The notes under the pieces are model-generated. The model had not been told where the DNA came from and ran no database searches. It saw only the letters and a list, made by a program, of their open reading frames with translations. The translations under genes were made by a program, and so were the position numbers. Of a stretch of DNA of 64,000 nt, positions 30,100-39,331 are shown piece by piece. The DNA comes from Dehalococcoidia bacterium (GTDB lineage: Bacteria > Chloroflexota > Dehalococcoidia > Lucifugimonadales > UBA3495), in assembly GCA_965197665.1 (NCBI GenBank), contig CBDANO010000003.1, positions 361,924 through 425,923 on the forward strand, given 5' to 3'. Each line of letters begins with the position of its first letter. The stretch's first letter is position 1.

Positions 30100-30909
30100 C
30101 TAGATGGTTCCTTTGAATTTTGGGGGCCGCTTTTCTACGAAGGCCCGGGCCGCCTCTTGGTGGTCCGGATGCCTGGCGCTCCTCTCCTCGATCGCGAGAC
30201 CCAAGTCCAAGGCTTGGTTGAGATCGTTCCAGACCTTCTTGTTCAGGGTATGCTTGGTGCCGCGTATAGCCAACGCGGGGCCGTCGGCCAAGCGCCGGGC
30301 CAGTTCCATTACTGTCTCCATGAGTTCGTCGTGGGGTACCACTTTGTTGACCAAGCCGATGCGTTCCGCTTCCCGGGCGTCGATGATGTCCCCGGTCATC
30401 AACAACTCTTTGGCCTTGGCCACGCCGACCAGCAGGGGCCAAATGACGCTTCCGCCGTCCCCGGCGACAAGTCCGGCGCGAACATGGGTATCGCCTATGC
30501 GAGCTTGGTTCGACGCGTAGATGATGTCGCAAAACAGGGCTAACGTGGCCCCAAGCCCGGCCGCCACGCCGTTGAGCGCGCAGAGCAACGGCTGCTCCAA
30601 CCACAGGATGTTATGTAAAATGCGCCGCCCGTCCTGGGTAACGGCGCCTAACGGCCGACTCTGGAGGGCAATGGCGCCGCCCCTTTCGGACATCGCCCTG
30701 AGATCGCCGCCGGAGCAGAAAGCCCGTCCGGCGCCGGTAAGCACCACGGCGCTCACATCCGCGTCCATCCCGGCCTCTTCGAACACGTCGCCGATTTCCT
30801 TGTGCATCACTTCATCCACCGCGTTCAGACGCTCCGGACGGTTCAAGGTGATGGTTAGAATGTTGTCTTTCTTATCGACCAGCAGCGTATCGTACTTGTA
30901 AACAGCCAT
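30100..30909 (-). CDS. Enoyl-CoA hydratase/isomerase (crotonase) family
   Basis: 269-aa ORF with the oxyanion-hole region VVLTGAGRAFCSGGDL. Confidence 0.85.
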   Translation of the reverse strand: MAVYKYDTLLVDKKDNILTITLNRPERLNAVDEVMHKEIGDVFEEAGMDADVSAVVLTGAGRAFCSGGDLRAMSERGGAIALQSRPLGAVTQDGRRILHNILWLEQPLLCALNGVAAGLGATLALFCDIIYASNQARIGDTHVRAGLVAGDGGSVIWPLLVGVAKAKELLMTGDIIDAREAERIGLVNKVVPHDELMETVMELARRLADGPALAIRGTKHTLNKKVWNDLNQALDLGLAIEERSARHPDHQEAARAFVEKRPPKFKGTI

Positions 30910-30992
30910 TTCCCGGTTCCTCCGATACTCGACTCAGAAGAGGGTTTTCAAGGGCGGCGCCTCAGGGCCTCCCCTCAAGACAGCGGCACTCG

Positions 30993-31469
30993 CTAGGCCC
31001 GGCCTCCCAGGCTCAGGATTTCGTCCCACTCTTCTTTGGCGACGGGAGTAATGGACAAGCGCATGCCCCGCCGCGCCACCATCATGTGCTGCAAGGTCGG
31101 GTGGGACTTTATTTCCGCCAGCGTAACGGGCCGGGCAAACTCCCGTTCAGCCTGTATGTCCACCATCAACCAGACAGGGTTCTCCGGGGTGCTCTTGGGG
31201 TCGAAGTGCTTGTCGCCGGGGTCCCAGGCGGTATGGTCAGGGTAGGCCTCTCCCACGATCCGGGCGGTCCCCACCACGGCCATAGGCGTCGTAGAGCTGT
31301 GGTAGAAGAGCACGCCGTCGCCCACCTTCATCTCGTCCCGCATCAAGTTGCGGACCTGGTAGTTGCGGACGCCGTCCCATTCGGCGGTCCGGTCCTCCTC
31401 CCCTTGCAGGTCGGAATAGGAATAGGTGGTTGGCTCCGATTTGAAGAGCCAATATTTTCGCTCTGCCAT
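30993..31469 (-). CDS. EVE (PUA-like) domain protein
   Basis: Carries the pattern KYWLFKSEP...WDGVRNYQVRN...FYHS. ATG 31469 is preferred over 31487. Confidence 0.75.
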   Translation of the reverse strand: MAERKYWLFKSEPTTYSYSDLQGEEDRTAEWDGVRNYQVRNLMRDEMKVGDGVLFYHSSTTPMAVVGTARIVGEAYPDHTAWDPGDKHFDPKSTPENPVWLMVDIQAEREFARPVTLAEIKSHPTLQHMMVARRGMRLSITPVAKEEWDEILSLGGRA

Positions 31470-31570
31470 CTCCAACTCCCAACGCATGACCCGGCCCTCA
31501 TCCCGGGCAACCCTTGGCGTCTTCCGGTGGTATCTTGGGGCGAAGAGTAGACCCTTGAACTGGGCCTGTC

Positions 31571-33265
31571 TTAGCGCAAGCTGATCCCGGCGGCTTCACG
31601 GTCGAAGCAGCCGTGGATTGGGTCCTCCCGCTCTTGGCGAAGCAGGTCTTTGCGCACTCGAAGGCTGGGCGTTCGGGGCAAATCCTCCCGCATTTCGATA
31701 TAGCGAGGGACCTTGAAGTAAGCCAAGCGCTCGGCGCACCAATACACTACCTCCGCCGGCTCAACCGCGACCCCGGGCCGGGGCACCACGTATGCTTTTA
31801 TTTCGTCTTCACCCAATTCAGAGGGGACGGCCATCACAGCGCAGTCCAGCAGTTGAGGGTGACGCTTGATGACGTTCTCCACTTCTTGGGAGGAGATGTT
31901 CTCGCCCCTGCGCCGGATGATGTCCTTCTTGCGGTCCACGAAGTAAAGGTAACCGTCTTGGTCCAACCAACCCAGGTCTCCGGTGTAGAGCCAACCGTCC
32001 CGCAGGGACTGGGCGGTCTGCTCCTCGTTACGCCAGTAGCCGGGCATGACCGCCGGGTTCTTGACGGTGATTTCGCCCACCTGTTCAGGGCCGGCGGGTA
32101 GGCCCGACTCCGGGTCCGAGATGCGGACTTGGTTCACGAAGCGCGGGTCCGGGTGTTGCCGGGCTTGGCCGGAAGAACCGGCGCGTCTGGGCTGGCTGAT
32201 TCTTTCGATGGTCCCATAGCAAGTCTCGGTCATTCCGAAGCCGACGATGATATTCGTGCCGAACCTATCTTGGAAGGACCGGAGGAACTCGGGCGGGAAG
32301 GCCGGAGAGCCGTAGAAAAGACGGACAGTGTTTTGACTATCCGTTGCCGCCTGCGGTTGTTTGGCCAATACGGGCATCATCATGCCGATGAAGTTGACAA
32401 CCGTCGCCCCGGCCTCGCGGACTTGGCCCCAAAACCGGGAGGCGCTGAACCGGTCAACCACCACGAGAGCGGCCCCGGCGGCTAGAGCGCCCATGGTCGA
32501 GTAGTATTGAATGTTGGCGTGGTAGAAGGGAAGACAGGTAAAGAAGCGGTCTTGGTCCGAGGCTTGAGTCCAGTGAGCAAACCCCTGCCCGGCCGCCACG
32601 TACATCCGGTGGGTTACCATCACTCCCTTGGGATTGCCGGTAGTCCCCGACGTGTAGACCAGCAGGGAAACGTCATCGGGCGCCACTGATGGAAGCGCTT
32701 CCAGCTCCACGGACGCGGCAAGGGCGCCGGTGAAGCTCGTCCAAGCAGGCCGCTTATCATTATCCTCCCCGGGTGAAGAGGGACGGGGTGACGGCCCTTC
32801 CGGTACCTCTGGACCGCCGGGACGCTGTTCCACCAAGAGTTTGTGGCTGACCGTTGGGGCTAGGGCCGCCGCTTCCTCGGCTACCTCCAGCAACGACTCG
32901 TGGGCCACCAAGGCCTTGGCGCCGGCGTCGTTCAGGATGAAGGCGGTCTCGTCCCGTTTGTAGGCGGTGTTGATGGGAACGCCGATGGATCCTAGGGCCG
33001 ACAAGCCGAACCAACAAAAAAGGTACTCGGCGCAGTTGGGCATGAACAAGCCCACCCGGTCCCCTTTGGCCACGCCCAAGGCCTGAAACAGCCCCGCCGT
33101 TTGCAGCACCGATGCTTGAAACTGCCGGTAAGTCAGTTTCCGGCCGGATATTTCCACGAAGACTTTGTCCGGACTGCGAGCGGCGGCCTCTTCCAGGAAG
33201 TCCGCGAGGGACATATCCCAAGGAAGCCGGTCTTGTGAAGCGCTCTTATCAGGGGCGTTGTTCAA
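31571..33265 (-). CDS. AMP-dependent acyl-CoA synthetase/ligase
   Basis: 564-aa ORF with the motifs LVYTSGTTGNPKGV, YTGDLGW and RRGENIS. Confidence 0.85.
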   Translation of the reverse strand: MNNAPDKSASQDRLPWDMSLADFLEEAAARSPDKVFVEISGRKLTYRQFQASVLQTAGLFQALGVAKGDRVGLFMPNCAEYLFCWFGLSALGSIGVPINTAYKRDETAFILNDAGAKALVAHESLLEVAEEAAALAPTVSHKLLVEQRPGGPEVPEGPSPRPSSPGEDNDKRPAWTSFTGALAASVELEALPSVAPDDVSLLVYTSGTTGNPKGVMVTHRMYVAAGQGFAHWTQASDQDRFFTCLPFYHANIQYYSTMGALAAGAALVVVDRFSASRFWGQVREAGATVVNFIGMMMPVLAKQPQAATDSQNTVRLFYGSPAFPPEFLRSFQDRFGTNIIVGFGMTETCYGTIERISQPRRAGSSGQARQHPDPRFVNQVRISDPESGLPAGPEQVGEITVKNPAVMPGYWRNEEQTAQSLRDGWLYTGDLGWLDQDGYLYFVDRKKDIIRRRGENISSQEVENVIKRHPQLLDCAVMAVPSELGEDEIKAYVVPRPGVAVEPAEVVYWCAERLAYFKVPRYIEMREDLPRTPSLRVRKDLLRQEREDPIHGCFDREAAGISLR

Positions 33266-33470
33266 TGCTGGTCCCGGCCGGTCAGAATCGCCCGCAAGGG
33301 CGGCGGCGCGGCTTGGAGATGAGGCGCCTCTAGGTTTCGGCGGCCTGCCGTGCTTGGGCTATTCCCAAACCTATCATTTACCGGATGCCGGGTCAACCAC
33401 GAGGTTGATACCGTTGACACCCCAAGATGGCAGGTTTAAGCTGATTTTTGCTTGTGGGTAGGAGCGTGAG

Positions 33471-33905
33471 TTGCTAATGGCCGTCTCGGTTGATTCGCGG
33501 CGCTTGAAGTTATCCAACGACGAGGGTACAGAAGGGGTCCTTCTCGGCGCCCGGTGCCGGGACTGTGGAGTTCACGCCTTCGGGCCGGCTGTCTTCTGCC
33601 AGGCGTGCACCTCCAGCAATCTTGGGCCGGTGGAGCTTAGCCGGCAGGGCGTCTTGTACAGCTACACTGTGGTCCGGGTCCCGCCGGCGGGTTGGCCCGG
33701 CCCGGCCCCCTACGTCTTGGGGCAGGTTGAGCTTCGAGAAGGCCCCCAAGTCTTGGCCGAGATCATCGAATGCCAGCACAGCGACTTGAAAATCGGCATG
33801 CCATTGGATTTGGCGCTTCTGCCGGTGAAAGAGTCGGAGGGCGGTCCGGAAGTAGTGGTCTACAAATGGAAACCGGCTTCGTCCGGAGAGGAGGAAGGGC
33901 GGTGA
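33471..33905 (+). CDS. DUF35 OB-fold / zinc-ribbon protein
   Basis: 144-aa ORF with a CRDCG...CQAC zinc ribbon followed by an OB fold. Its stop overlaps the start of the thiolase-like gene. Confidence 0.7.
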   Translation: MLMAVSVDSRRLKLSNDEGTEGVLLGARCRDCGVHAFGPAVFCQACTSSNLGPVELSRQGVLYSYTVVRVPPAGWPGPAPYVLGQVELREGPQVLAEIIECQHSDLKIGMPLDLALLPVKESEGGPEVVVYKWKPASSGEEEGR

Positions 33906-35056
33906 CCCAGTCGAAACCCGGCAGGAAGGTGGTGGTTGCGGGGGTAGGGTTGCACCCATTCGGCAGGTTCCCCGACAAGGACCTGTCCACCCTGGCCTTG
34001 GAGTCCGTAGTGCCTGCCCTGCAAGACGCCGGCGTCGGTTGGAAGGATATTTCGGTAGCCTACTTCGGCCACGTCTACTATCACGGCATGTCCGTGGGGG
34101 AGACGGCGATGGCCAAGCTGGGGTTGACCGGAATACCAATAATCAACGTGGAAAACGCTTGCTCCAGCGGGTCCACGGCCTTTTGGCAAGCCTACTGGGG
34201 CGTGACCACCGGACTCTACGATCTTGCGCTGGCCTTCGGCGCGGAGAAAGTGCCCAGGGGGCCGGTGACCGTGACCGCCGAGGAGAGTCCCGACCGCTAC
34301 ATCGGCGGCGACCACATGATGGCGGGGTATGCCCTGCGGATGCGCCGCTACATGGAGGAGACGGGGGCCCCGGCCGCCGCCTTTGCCCAAGTGTCGGTAA
34401 AAGCCCGCCGGAACGCCGCGCTGAATCCCTACGCCCACCGGAAGGATACCTATAACTTGGACGAGGTATTGGAGTCCAGGCTAATCGCGGACCCCTTGAC
34501 CCTGTACCAATGCTGTCCCACCAGCGAAGGCGCGGCTGCCGCCGTCCTCTGCGCCGACGACGCCCTGGACCATTACGGCATCGACAAGAGCCGGTCGGTG
34601 CGAGTGGCCGGGGCGGTATTGAGTTCCGGCAGCTACAATGGACGGGGCAGCGACCACTCGGCGTTCAGTCCCTACCGGACTGAGCCGGCCGCCCTGGCGG
34701 CCTACGAGATGAGCGGGATTGGGCCGGAGGACGTGGACTTGGCCCAAGTCCACGATGCCGCAACCATCGGGGAGCTGCAGCAACTGGAGTCCCTGCGCTT
34801 GGTCCCGTGGGGGGAGGCGTGGCAAGCAACCCTGGATGGCCGGACCGCCTTGAATGGCAGCATCCCTACCAATACCGACGGCGGGCTGCTGGCCATGGGC
34901 CACCCCTTCGGCGCCACCGGAATACGCATGATTCACGAAACCGTTACCCAGTTGCGGAAGGAAGCCGGGCCTCGTCAGGTGGCCAATCCCAAGGTGGGGC
35001 TGGCTCAATGCTCCGGGGCCGGTGACGTTACGACGGTGCATATCCTGACCCGGTAG
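33902..35056 (+). CDS. SCP2/Ltp-type thiolase-like protein
   Basis: Carries the motifs VVVAGVGLHPFGRF, NVENACSSGSTAF and GHPFGATG. GTG 33902 overlaps the upstream stop (GTGA). The ORF-track start 33770 is rejected. Confidence 0.8.
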   Translation: MTQSKPGRKVVVAGVGLHPFGRFPDKDLSTLALESVVPALQDAGVGWKDISVAYFGHVYYHGMSVGETAMAKLGLTGIPIINVENACSSGSTAFWQAYWGVTTGLYDLALAFGAEKVPRGPVTVTAEESPDRYIGGDHMMAGYALRMRRYMEETGAPAAAFAQVSVKARRNAALNPYAHRKDTYNLDEVLESRLIADPLTLYQCCPTSEGAAAAVLCADDALDHYGIDKSRSVRVAGAVLSSGSYNGRGSDHSAFSPYRTEPAALAAYEMSGIGPEDVDLAQVHDAATIGELQQLESLRLVPWGEAWQATLDGRTALNGSIPTNTDGGLLAMGHPFGATGIRMIHETVTQLRKEAGPRQVANPKVGLAQCSGAGDVTTVHILTR

Positions 35057-35131
35057 GCGCCGTTCCCGGCCCCCGACGGGCCCTCCCCGTCCACGGCGCC
35101 ACACCGATAAAGCAAGCAAAAGCGAGGCGGG

Positions 35132-35914
35132 CTAGAGGTCCTTGGCGAATTCCCGTAGGCGGCTGAAGTCGGCCCGGAATCCCTCGATCAGCGCCCGCCG
35201 GTCGGTGCCGTGGAGGACGAACCGGGCCCCTTGAGAGATCCAGAAGGTGGACAGCTCTGGGGTCTGGTGGTGGACCAATACCGGAATTCCGCGTCTCTCG
35301 GAGGTTTCAATGATGTGCTTGACCGCGTTCTGGTACTCCTGCCGATCGTACTCATCGGGGACCCCTAGCGATATGCTCAAGTCGTTGGGGCCGACGAATA
35401 TGCCGTCGATTCCCGGCACCTGAAGGATGTTTCCCAAGGCGCTGACGCCGGCCTCGCTTTCGATGCCGATTATGGCTATGCTGTTGCGGTTCCGGTCTTC
35501 CAGGTAGGCCCGCGTGGCTTCACTGGCGTGCTCCCCAGTATCCACCACGCGCCGCACCGCTTCTCCTTTGAGGGGCCGCCACTTGGCGGCGGCCACCACC
35601 TCCTTGACTTCCTCCGGGGTCTCACAGTACGGGGCCAGCACTCCCTGGGCGCCGGCGTCCATGGCCATGGTCACGTAGTGGGAGTCCGGAACGGGAACGC
35701 GGACGATGGGTACCACGCCGGTAGTGTTCAGCATGGCCAGGTAGTCGCCCAGTTCCGCCCTGCTGCGGGGATTGTGCTCGGTGTCGATGATGACGTAATC
35801 CAAGCCCACCCCGGCAAAGGAGGGTATCCACCGGGGGCTGCGGCCGATCGTTATCATGGTGCCGAAGACCAAGCCGCCCGACTGTAAAGTAGCTTTAAGT
35901 TCCGCGCCGTTCAT
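35132..35914 (-). CDS. HpcH/HpaI-family aldolase
   Basis: 260-aa ORF with the family pattern VGLDYVIIDTEHNP and GIFVGPNDLS. Confidence 0.8.
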   Translation of the reverse strand: MNGAELKATLQSGGLVFGTMITIGRSPRWIPSFAGVGLDYVIIDTEHNPRSRAELGDYLAMLNTTGVVPIVRVPVPDSHYVTMAMDAGAQGVLAPYCETPEEVKEVVAAAKWRPLKGEAVRRVVDTGEHASEATRAYLEDRNRNSIAIIGIESEAGVSALGNILQVPGIDGIFVGPNDLSISLGVPDEYDRQEYQNAVKHIIETSERRGIPVLVHHQTPELSTFWISQGARFVLHGTDRRALIEGFRADFSRLREFAKDL

Positions 35915-35966
35915 GTTTCTTCAGACGCTTTCTTTTTTAGATGCTTTGCCATCAAGCGGACCCCCT

Positions 35967-37046
35967 CTAGCGGGCTTCCAGGACTCTTTCACAAAAACGG
36001 GCCGTGTTCATTAGGTCGGGTATGAGTACGTGCTCTTTTACTGTGTGCATACCGTAGGTGGACATTCCCACGACCACGCAATCGATGCCGTTTAGGCGCA
36101 TGGCGTTGGCGTCGGTACCGCCGCCTGAGGGCTGAATGTCCGGCTTGAGGTCCATCTCCCCCATGATCCTGGACACCATGCGGACCACCGGGTCGCTGGG
36201 GTCGAGTTCGTACATGTGAAACAGGACTTCTAGGTCATCTTTGATTATCGCGTCTGAGTAGCGCTTCCGGGCCTGCTCCATGGTAGCTTGGACTTGCATT
36301 CGAAGGCTGTCCACCATCTCGATGTTGTGGCTGCGGAACTCGCCGCTGAACGTAACTTCCGCCGGGACCGCGTTTCTCACCGAGCCGCCGGAAATCAACC
36401 CCACGTTGAAAGTGCTCTCTTCGTCCAACCGGCCTTGGGGCAGATCGGCAATGATATCCGACGCGATGCGGATGGCGGAGAGCCCTTTCTCCGGTTCCAC
36501 ACCGGCGTGGGCGGCCCGTCCCGTGACGGTCACGTCGAAAGCGACGTAGGTGGGGCTGGAGCCTGTAATCCGGTTTACCGGGCCGTTGCCGTCGAAAACC
36601 ACCGACTCCCTGGCGCGTATCATCGAGTAGTCCAAGTTGGTGGCGCCCACCAGCCCGATCTCTTCACCTCGAGTGAATACCACCTGCACCGGGCGTCTGG
36701 AGCGGCTTTCTCGGTCTATCGACTCCAAGGCCTCCATGATGGACACGACCCCCGCTTTGCAATCGCCGCCAAGAATCGTGGTCCCGTCGGACTCGATCCG
36801 GTCTCCGACCACCTGGGGTTTGATACCCCGCCCCGGCTCCACCGTGTCCATGTGGGCCGACAAGAGGAGGGGGTCTTCACCCGCCTCGGAGGCGATGACG
36901 TTGCCGTAAGAATCGCGTTCTACCTGGAATCCGAGGCGGCCAAGCCAGGTTTCCAGGTGCTTGGAAACGTCTTCCTCTTCGTTAGAGGGGCTGTCGATGC
37001 GGACCAAATCGCAAAACGAGTTGACCAACCTTTCCTGATCGACCAT
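35967..37046 (-). CDS. M20/M42-type metallopeptidase (PepT-like)
   Basis: 359-aa ORF with the motifs LLLSAHMDTV, GEEIGLVGA and GGGTDAN. Confidence 0.8.
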   Translation of the reverse strand: MVDQERLVNSFCDLVRIDSPSNEEEDVSKHLETWLGRLGFQVERDSYGNVIASEAGEDPLLLSAHMDTVEPGRGIKPQVVGDRIESDGTTILGGDCKAGVVSIMEALESIDRESRSRRPVQVVFTRGEEIGLVGATNLDYSMIRARESVVFDGNGPVNRITGSSPTYVAFDVTVTGRAAHAGVEPEKGLSAIRIASDIIADLPQGRLDEESTFNVGLISGGSVRNAVPAEVTFSGEFRSHNIEMVDSLRMQVQATMEQARKRYSDAIIKDDLEVLFHMYELDPSDPVVRMVSRIMGEMDLKPDIQPSGGGTDANAMRLNGIDCVVVGMSTYGMHTVKEHVLIPDLMNTARFCERVLEAR

Positions 37047-37206
37047 TTCTACCTTCCTGACGCTATGATCGCTTTTGCTCCGGCCTTACGCCCTTTCAGT
37101 CCCGGTCCCCGGGGTCGAGGCCGTCCATATTATACATCACGCCCCGCGGATTGCCGCCGCGGGGCATGCTTGGGTGGCTGTAGCTGTATCGGACGCGGCG
37201 TCCGGT

Positions 37207-38157
37207 TCATTCGGCGCGGTCCAGGGCGGCTAGGACCGGAGCGAAGGCTTCAACCGCAGCCGGGGAGTTTGGCAAGATACAGACCTGCAGATGGGAGAAG
37301 CCGGCCCGGGCAAAGTCGCGGAATACCTCGGCCACTTCCTCCGGGCTGCCGTTGAGGGGCTGGCCGAATAGCTTGGACCCGGCCCAAGGCGCCGGTGCCT
37401 GGTTCTGGGGCTGCCAAGTCACCAAAGCGGTGCGCAGCAGCGTAGACGGGTCGCGGCCGAGATCGTTGCAGGCACCGTCTAGGATTGCCATTTCCGCTTC
37501 GAGGCCTTCGGGGCGGCTTTGCCCCGGCGGTTTCTCGAACGACGCCGCATTCCACAGGTCGGCGTAACGGGTGGTGAGGCGGAGCATCTTTTGGCCGGTG
37601 GTCCCAATCATGATGGGAGGCCCCTCCGGTCGAGGCCCCCGGGGGCGCAGTTCGCACTCTCGCGCCCGGTAGTAGGCCCCCTCAAAATCGACGCTGCCGT
37701 TCCGCAGCAGACCATGAATGATTCGGACCGCCTCCTCGAACCTGCTATAGCGCCTATCCGTAGGGTAGCCGAAGGCTCGGTATTCCGGGTCATGCCAACC
37801 CGCGCCAATCCCAAGCACGAGGCGCCCGCCGCTGATTTCGTCGATGGTATCCGCCATCTTGGCCAGCAACGCCGGATTGCGAAAGCCGGTGCAAATTACC
37901 GCGGTGCCCAACTCGACCCGCTTGGTGGAGGAAGCCAGGGCGGCCAGCATTGATCCGCACTCCCAGACCCCTATCGGGCTCTCTTCTAGCCTGAAAATCA
38001 GATGGTCCGAAAGCCAGATGGAATCGAAGCCGACGTCCTCGGCCATCTGGGCCATTGCCAGGATATCAGTCCATCGGGCGGTCTCTCCATCCATGCACCC
38101 TTCGACCGGACAAATAGCTAACCCAATTTTAGGAAGGCGCCGCTGATGGTCAGGCAT
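37207..38157 (-). CDS. LLM-class (probably F420-dependent) oxidoreductase
   Basis: 316-aa ORF with the LLM pattern FDSIWLSDH and GIGAGW. Confidence 0.75.
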   Translation of the reverse strand: MPDHQRRLPKIGLAICPVEGCMDGETARWTDILAMAQMAEDVGFDSIWLSDHLIFRLEESPIGVWECGSMLAALASSTKRVELGTAVICTGFRNPALLAKMADTIDEISGGRLVLGIGAGWHDPEYRAFGYPTDRRYSRFEEAVRIIHGLLRNGSVDFEGAYYRARECELRPRGPRPEGPPIMIGTTGQKMLRLTTRYADLWNAASFEKPPGQSRPEGLEAEMAILDGACNDLGRDPSTLLRTALVTWQPQNQAPAPWAGSKLFGQPLNGSPEEVAEVFRDFARAGFSHLQVCILPNSPAAVEAFAPVLAALDRAE

Positions 38158-38232
38158 CTAGTCACACCCCTGTGTAAGTTTATTGTCGCCTGTCCGGGCA
38201 CAACGGGAGGGTTGCTCCACCACCTATGAGAC

Positions 38233-38273
38233 GGGACGTGATTGGCCCGCCTTGGGCGGCCCGATCACGTCCC
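38233..38273. other. Strong GC-rich hairpin (10 perfect bp GGGACGTGAT/ATCACGTCCC plus an imperfect extension)
   Basis: The inverted repeat is read directly from the sequence and is followed on the + strand by AATTTTCTCG. It lies between two minus-strand genes. Confidence 0.5.
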
Positions 38274-38431
38274 AATTTTCTCGTTGAAGCCGGGGGTATA
38301 AGACGATGACGCTGTTGCGCGGGCAGTCCTATTTCCAGCCTGGAGAACTTGCACGTCGGGTTAGCTACTCATAAGAGGTTCTTCCCTTACCTCCGGTATC
38401 CGGTGGGGCGGCAGGTACCGGAACGGGCGGC

Positions 38432-38974
38432 TCAGAAGAAGTTGCTCACGTTCTTGGCCAAGAGCACGTTTTGGTCGAGCACGATTTTGCGGTAAGCGAT
38501 CTTCCACTGGCCGTCCACCTTCCTCAAGGTGTCTTGGCGGCTTCCCACGTAGAAGTCCTGCTCAGTCTCCGCCCTGGTCCGGTACATCAAGAAGTTGGAG
38601 TAAACGGTTAGCTCGTTCTCCGAGGCGCCTGGCTCAATCTCGACGTTGGAGATCATGTGACGGGTGCGGGAAGGGGGGTCTTCGGCCCAAGCCATCCCTG
38701 TATCCAACCGGTCGATTCTCCGGGTAAGAGAGTCTTTGTCCTCGTCCATGATGGCCAATTCTCCCTCCTTGGACACTTCCTCTTCCTCGTAGCGGGCGCC
38801 GTCTAGGATGGAGATGGCCTTGCTCGACACCGGATAGCGGTTGGACCGCACCGGCATCCAGTAGTGTATATCGTCGGTAAGCAGGTCCAGCCACCGGTGA
38901 AATTGCCGGTTGTCCAGCATTCTGGCTTCGCGGTACAGGAACTGCTCCACCTCGCGAATAAGCTCGTCGCGCAT
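38432..38974 (-). CDS. Aromatic-ring-hydroxylating dioxygenase beta subunit (orphan)
   Basis: 180-aa NTF2-like ORF with FLYREARMLDNRQFHRWLDLL. No Rieske alpha subunit is adjacent. Confidence 0.75.
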   Translation of the reverse strand: MRDELIREVEQFLYREARMLDNRQFHRWLDLLTDDIHYWMPVRSNRYPVSSKAISILDGARYEEEEVSKEGELAIMDEDKDSLTRRIDRLDTGMAWAEDPPSRTRHMISNVEIEPGASENELTVYSNFLMYRTRAETEQDFYVGSRQDTLRKVDGQWKIAYRKIVLDQNVLLAKNVSNFF

Positions 38975-39331
38975 GATGATTAGCCTCCTCCGGTTGAGCT
39001 AAGTGGCTCTACATTTCCTTCCGAATGAGCGAGTTACCCTGTTTGAGGCGGGGATGCCCCGGGCCACGATGCCGGGGCGACAGCGGCTTGATTCTCAAGT
39101 CCGGCGAATTCGCCCCTGGGGCCGGCCGGCGGCGCTCAGGTCTTGGTGTTGCAGCAATTGTAGTGATGCCCTGGGAGACCGTCAACAAAAGCGCCGGCTT
39201 GAGGGTTCGCTGGGCGGGCCAACACGCCGAGTTTACTTGTGGTGCTACAAATTGTATATTTGACTCGGACACTTCATGCCTGAATACCTGAATAGTCGTA
39301 TCATCGCCGTTTTGGAATTGAGCATGGCGCC

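Noticed and set aside
39003-39291. Three overlapping 86-88-aa ORFs in the spacer upstream of the A-T-R gene.
   Set aside because: They are mutually overlapping on both strands, with no RBS, no family resemblance and Arg/Pro-rich composition.
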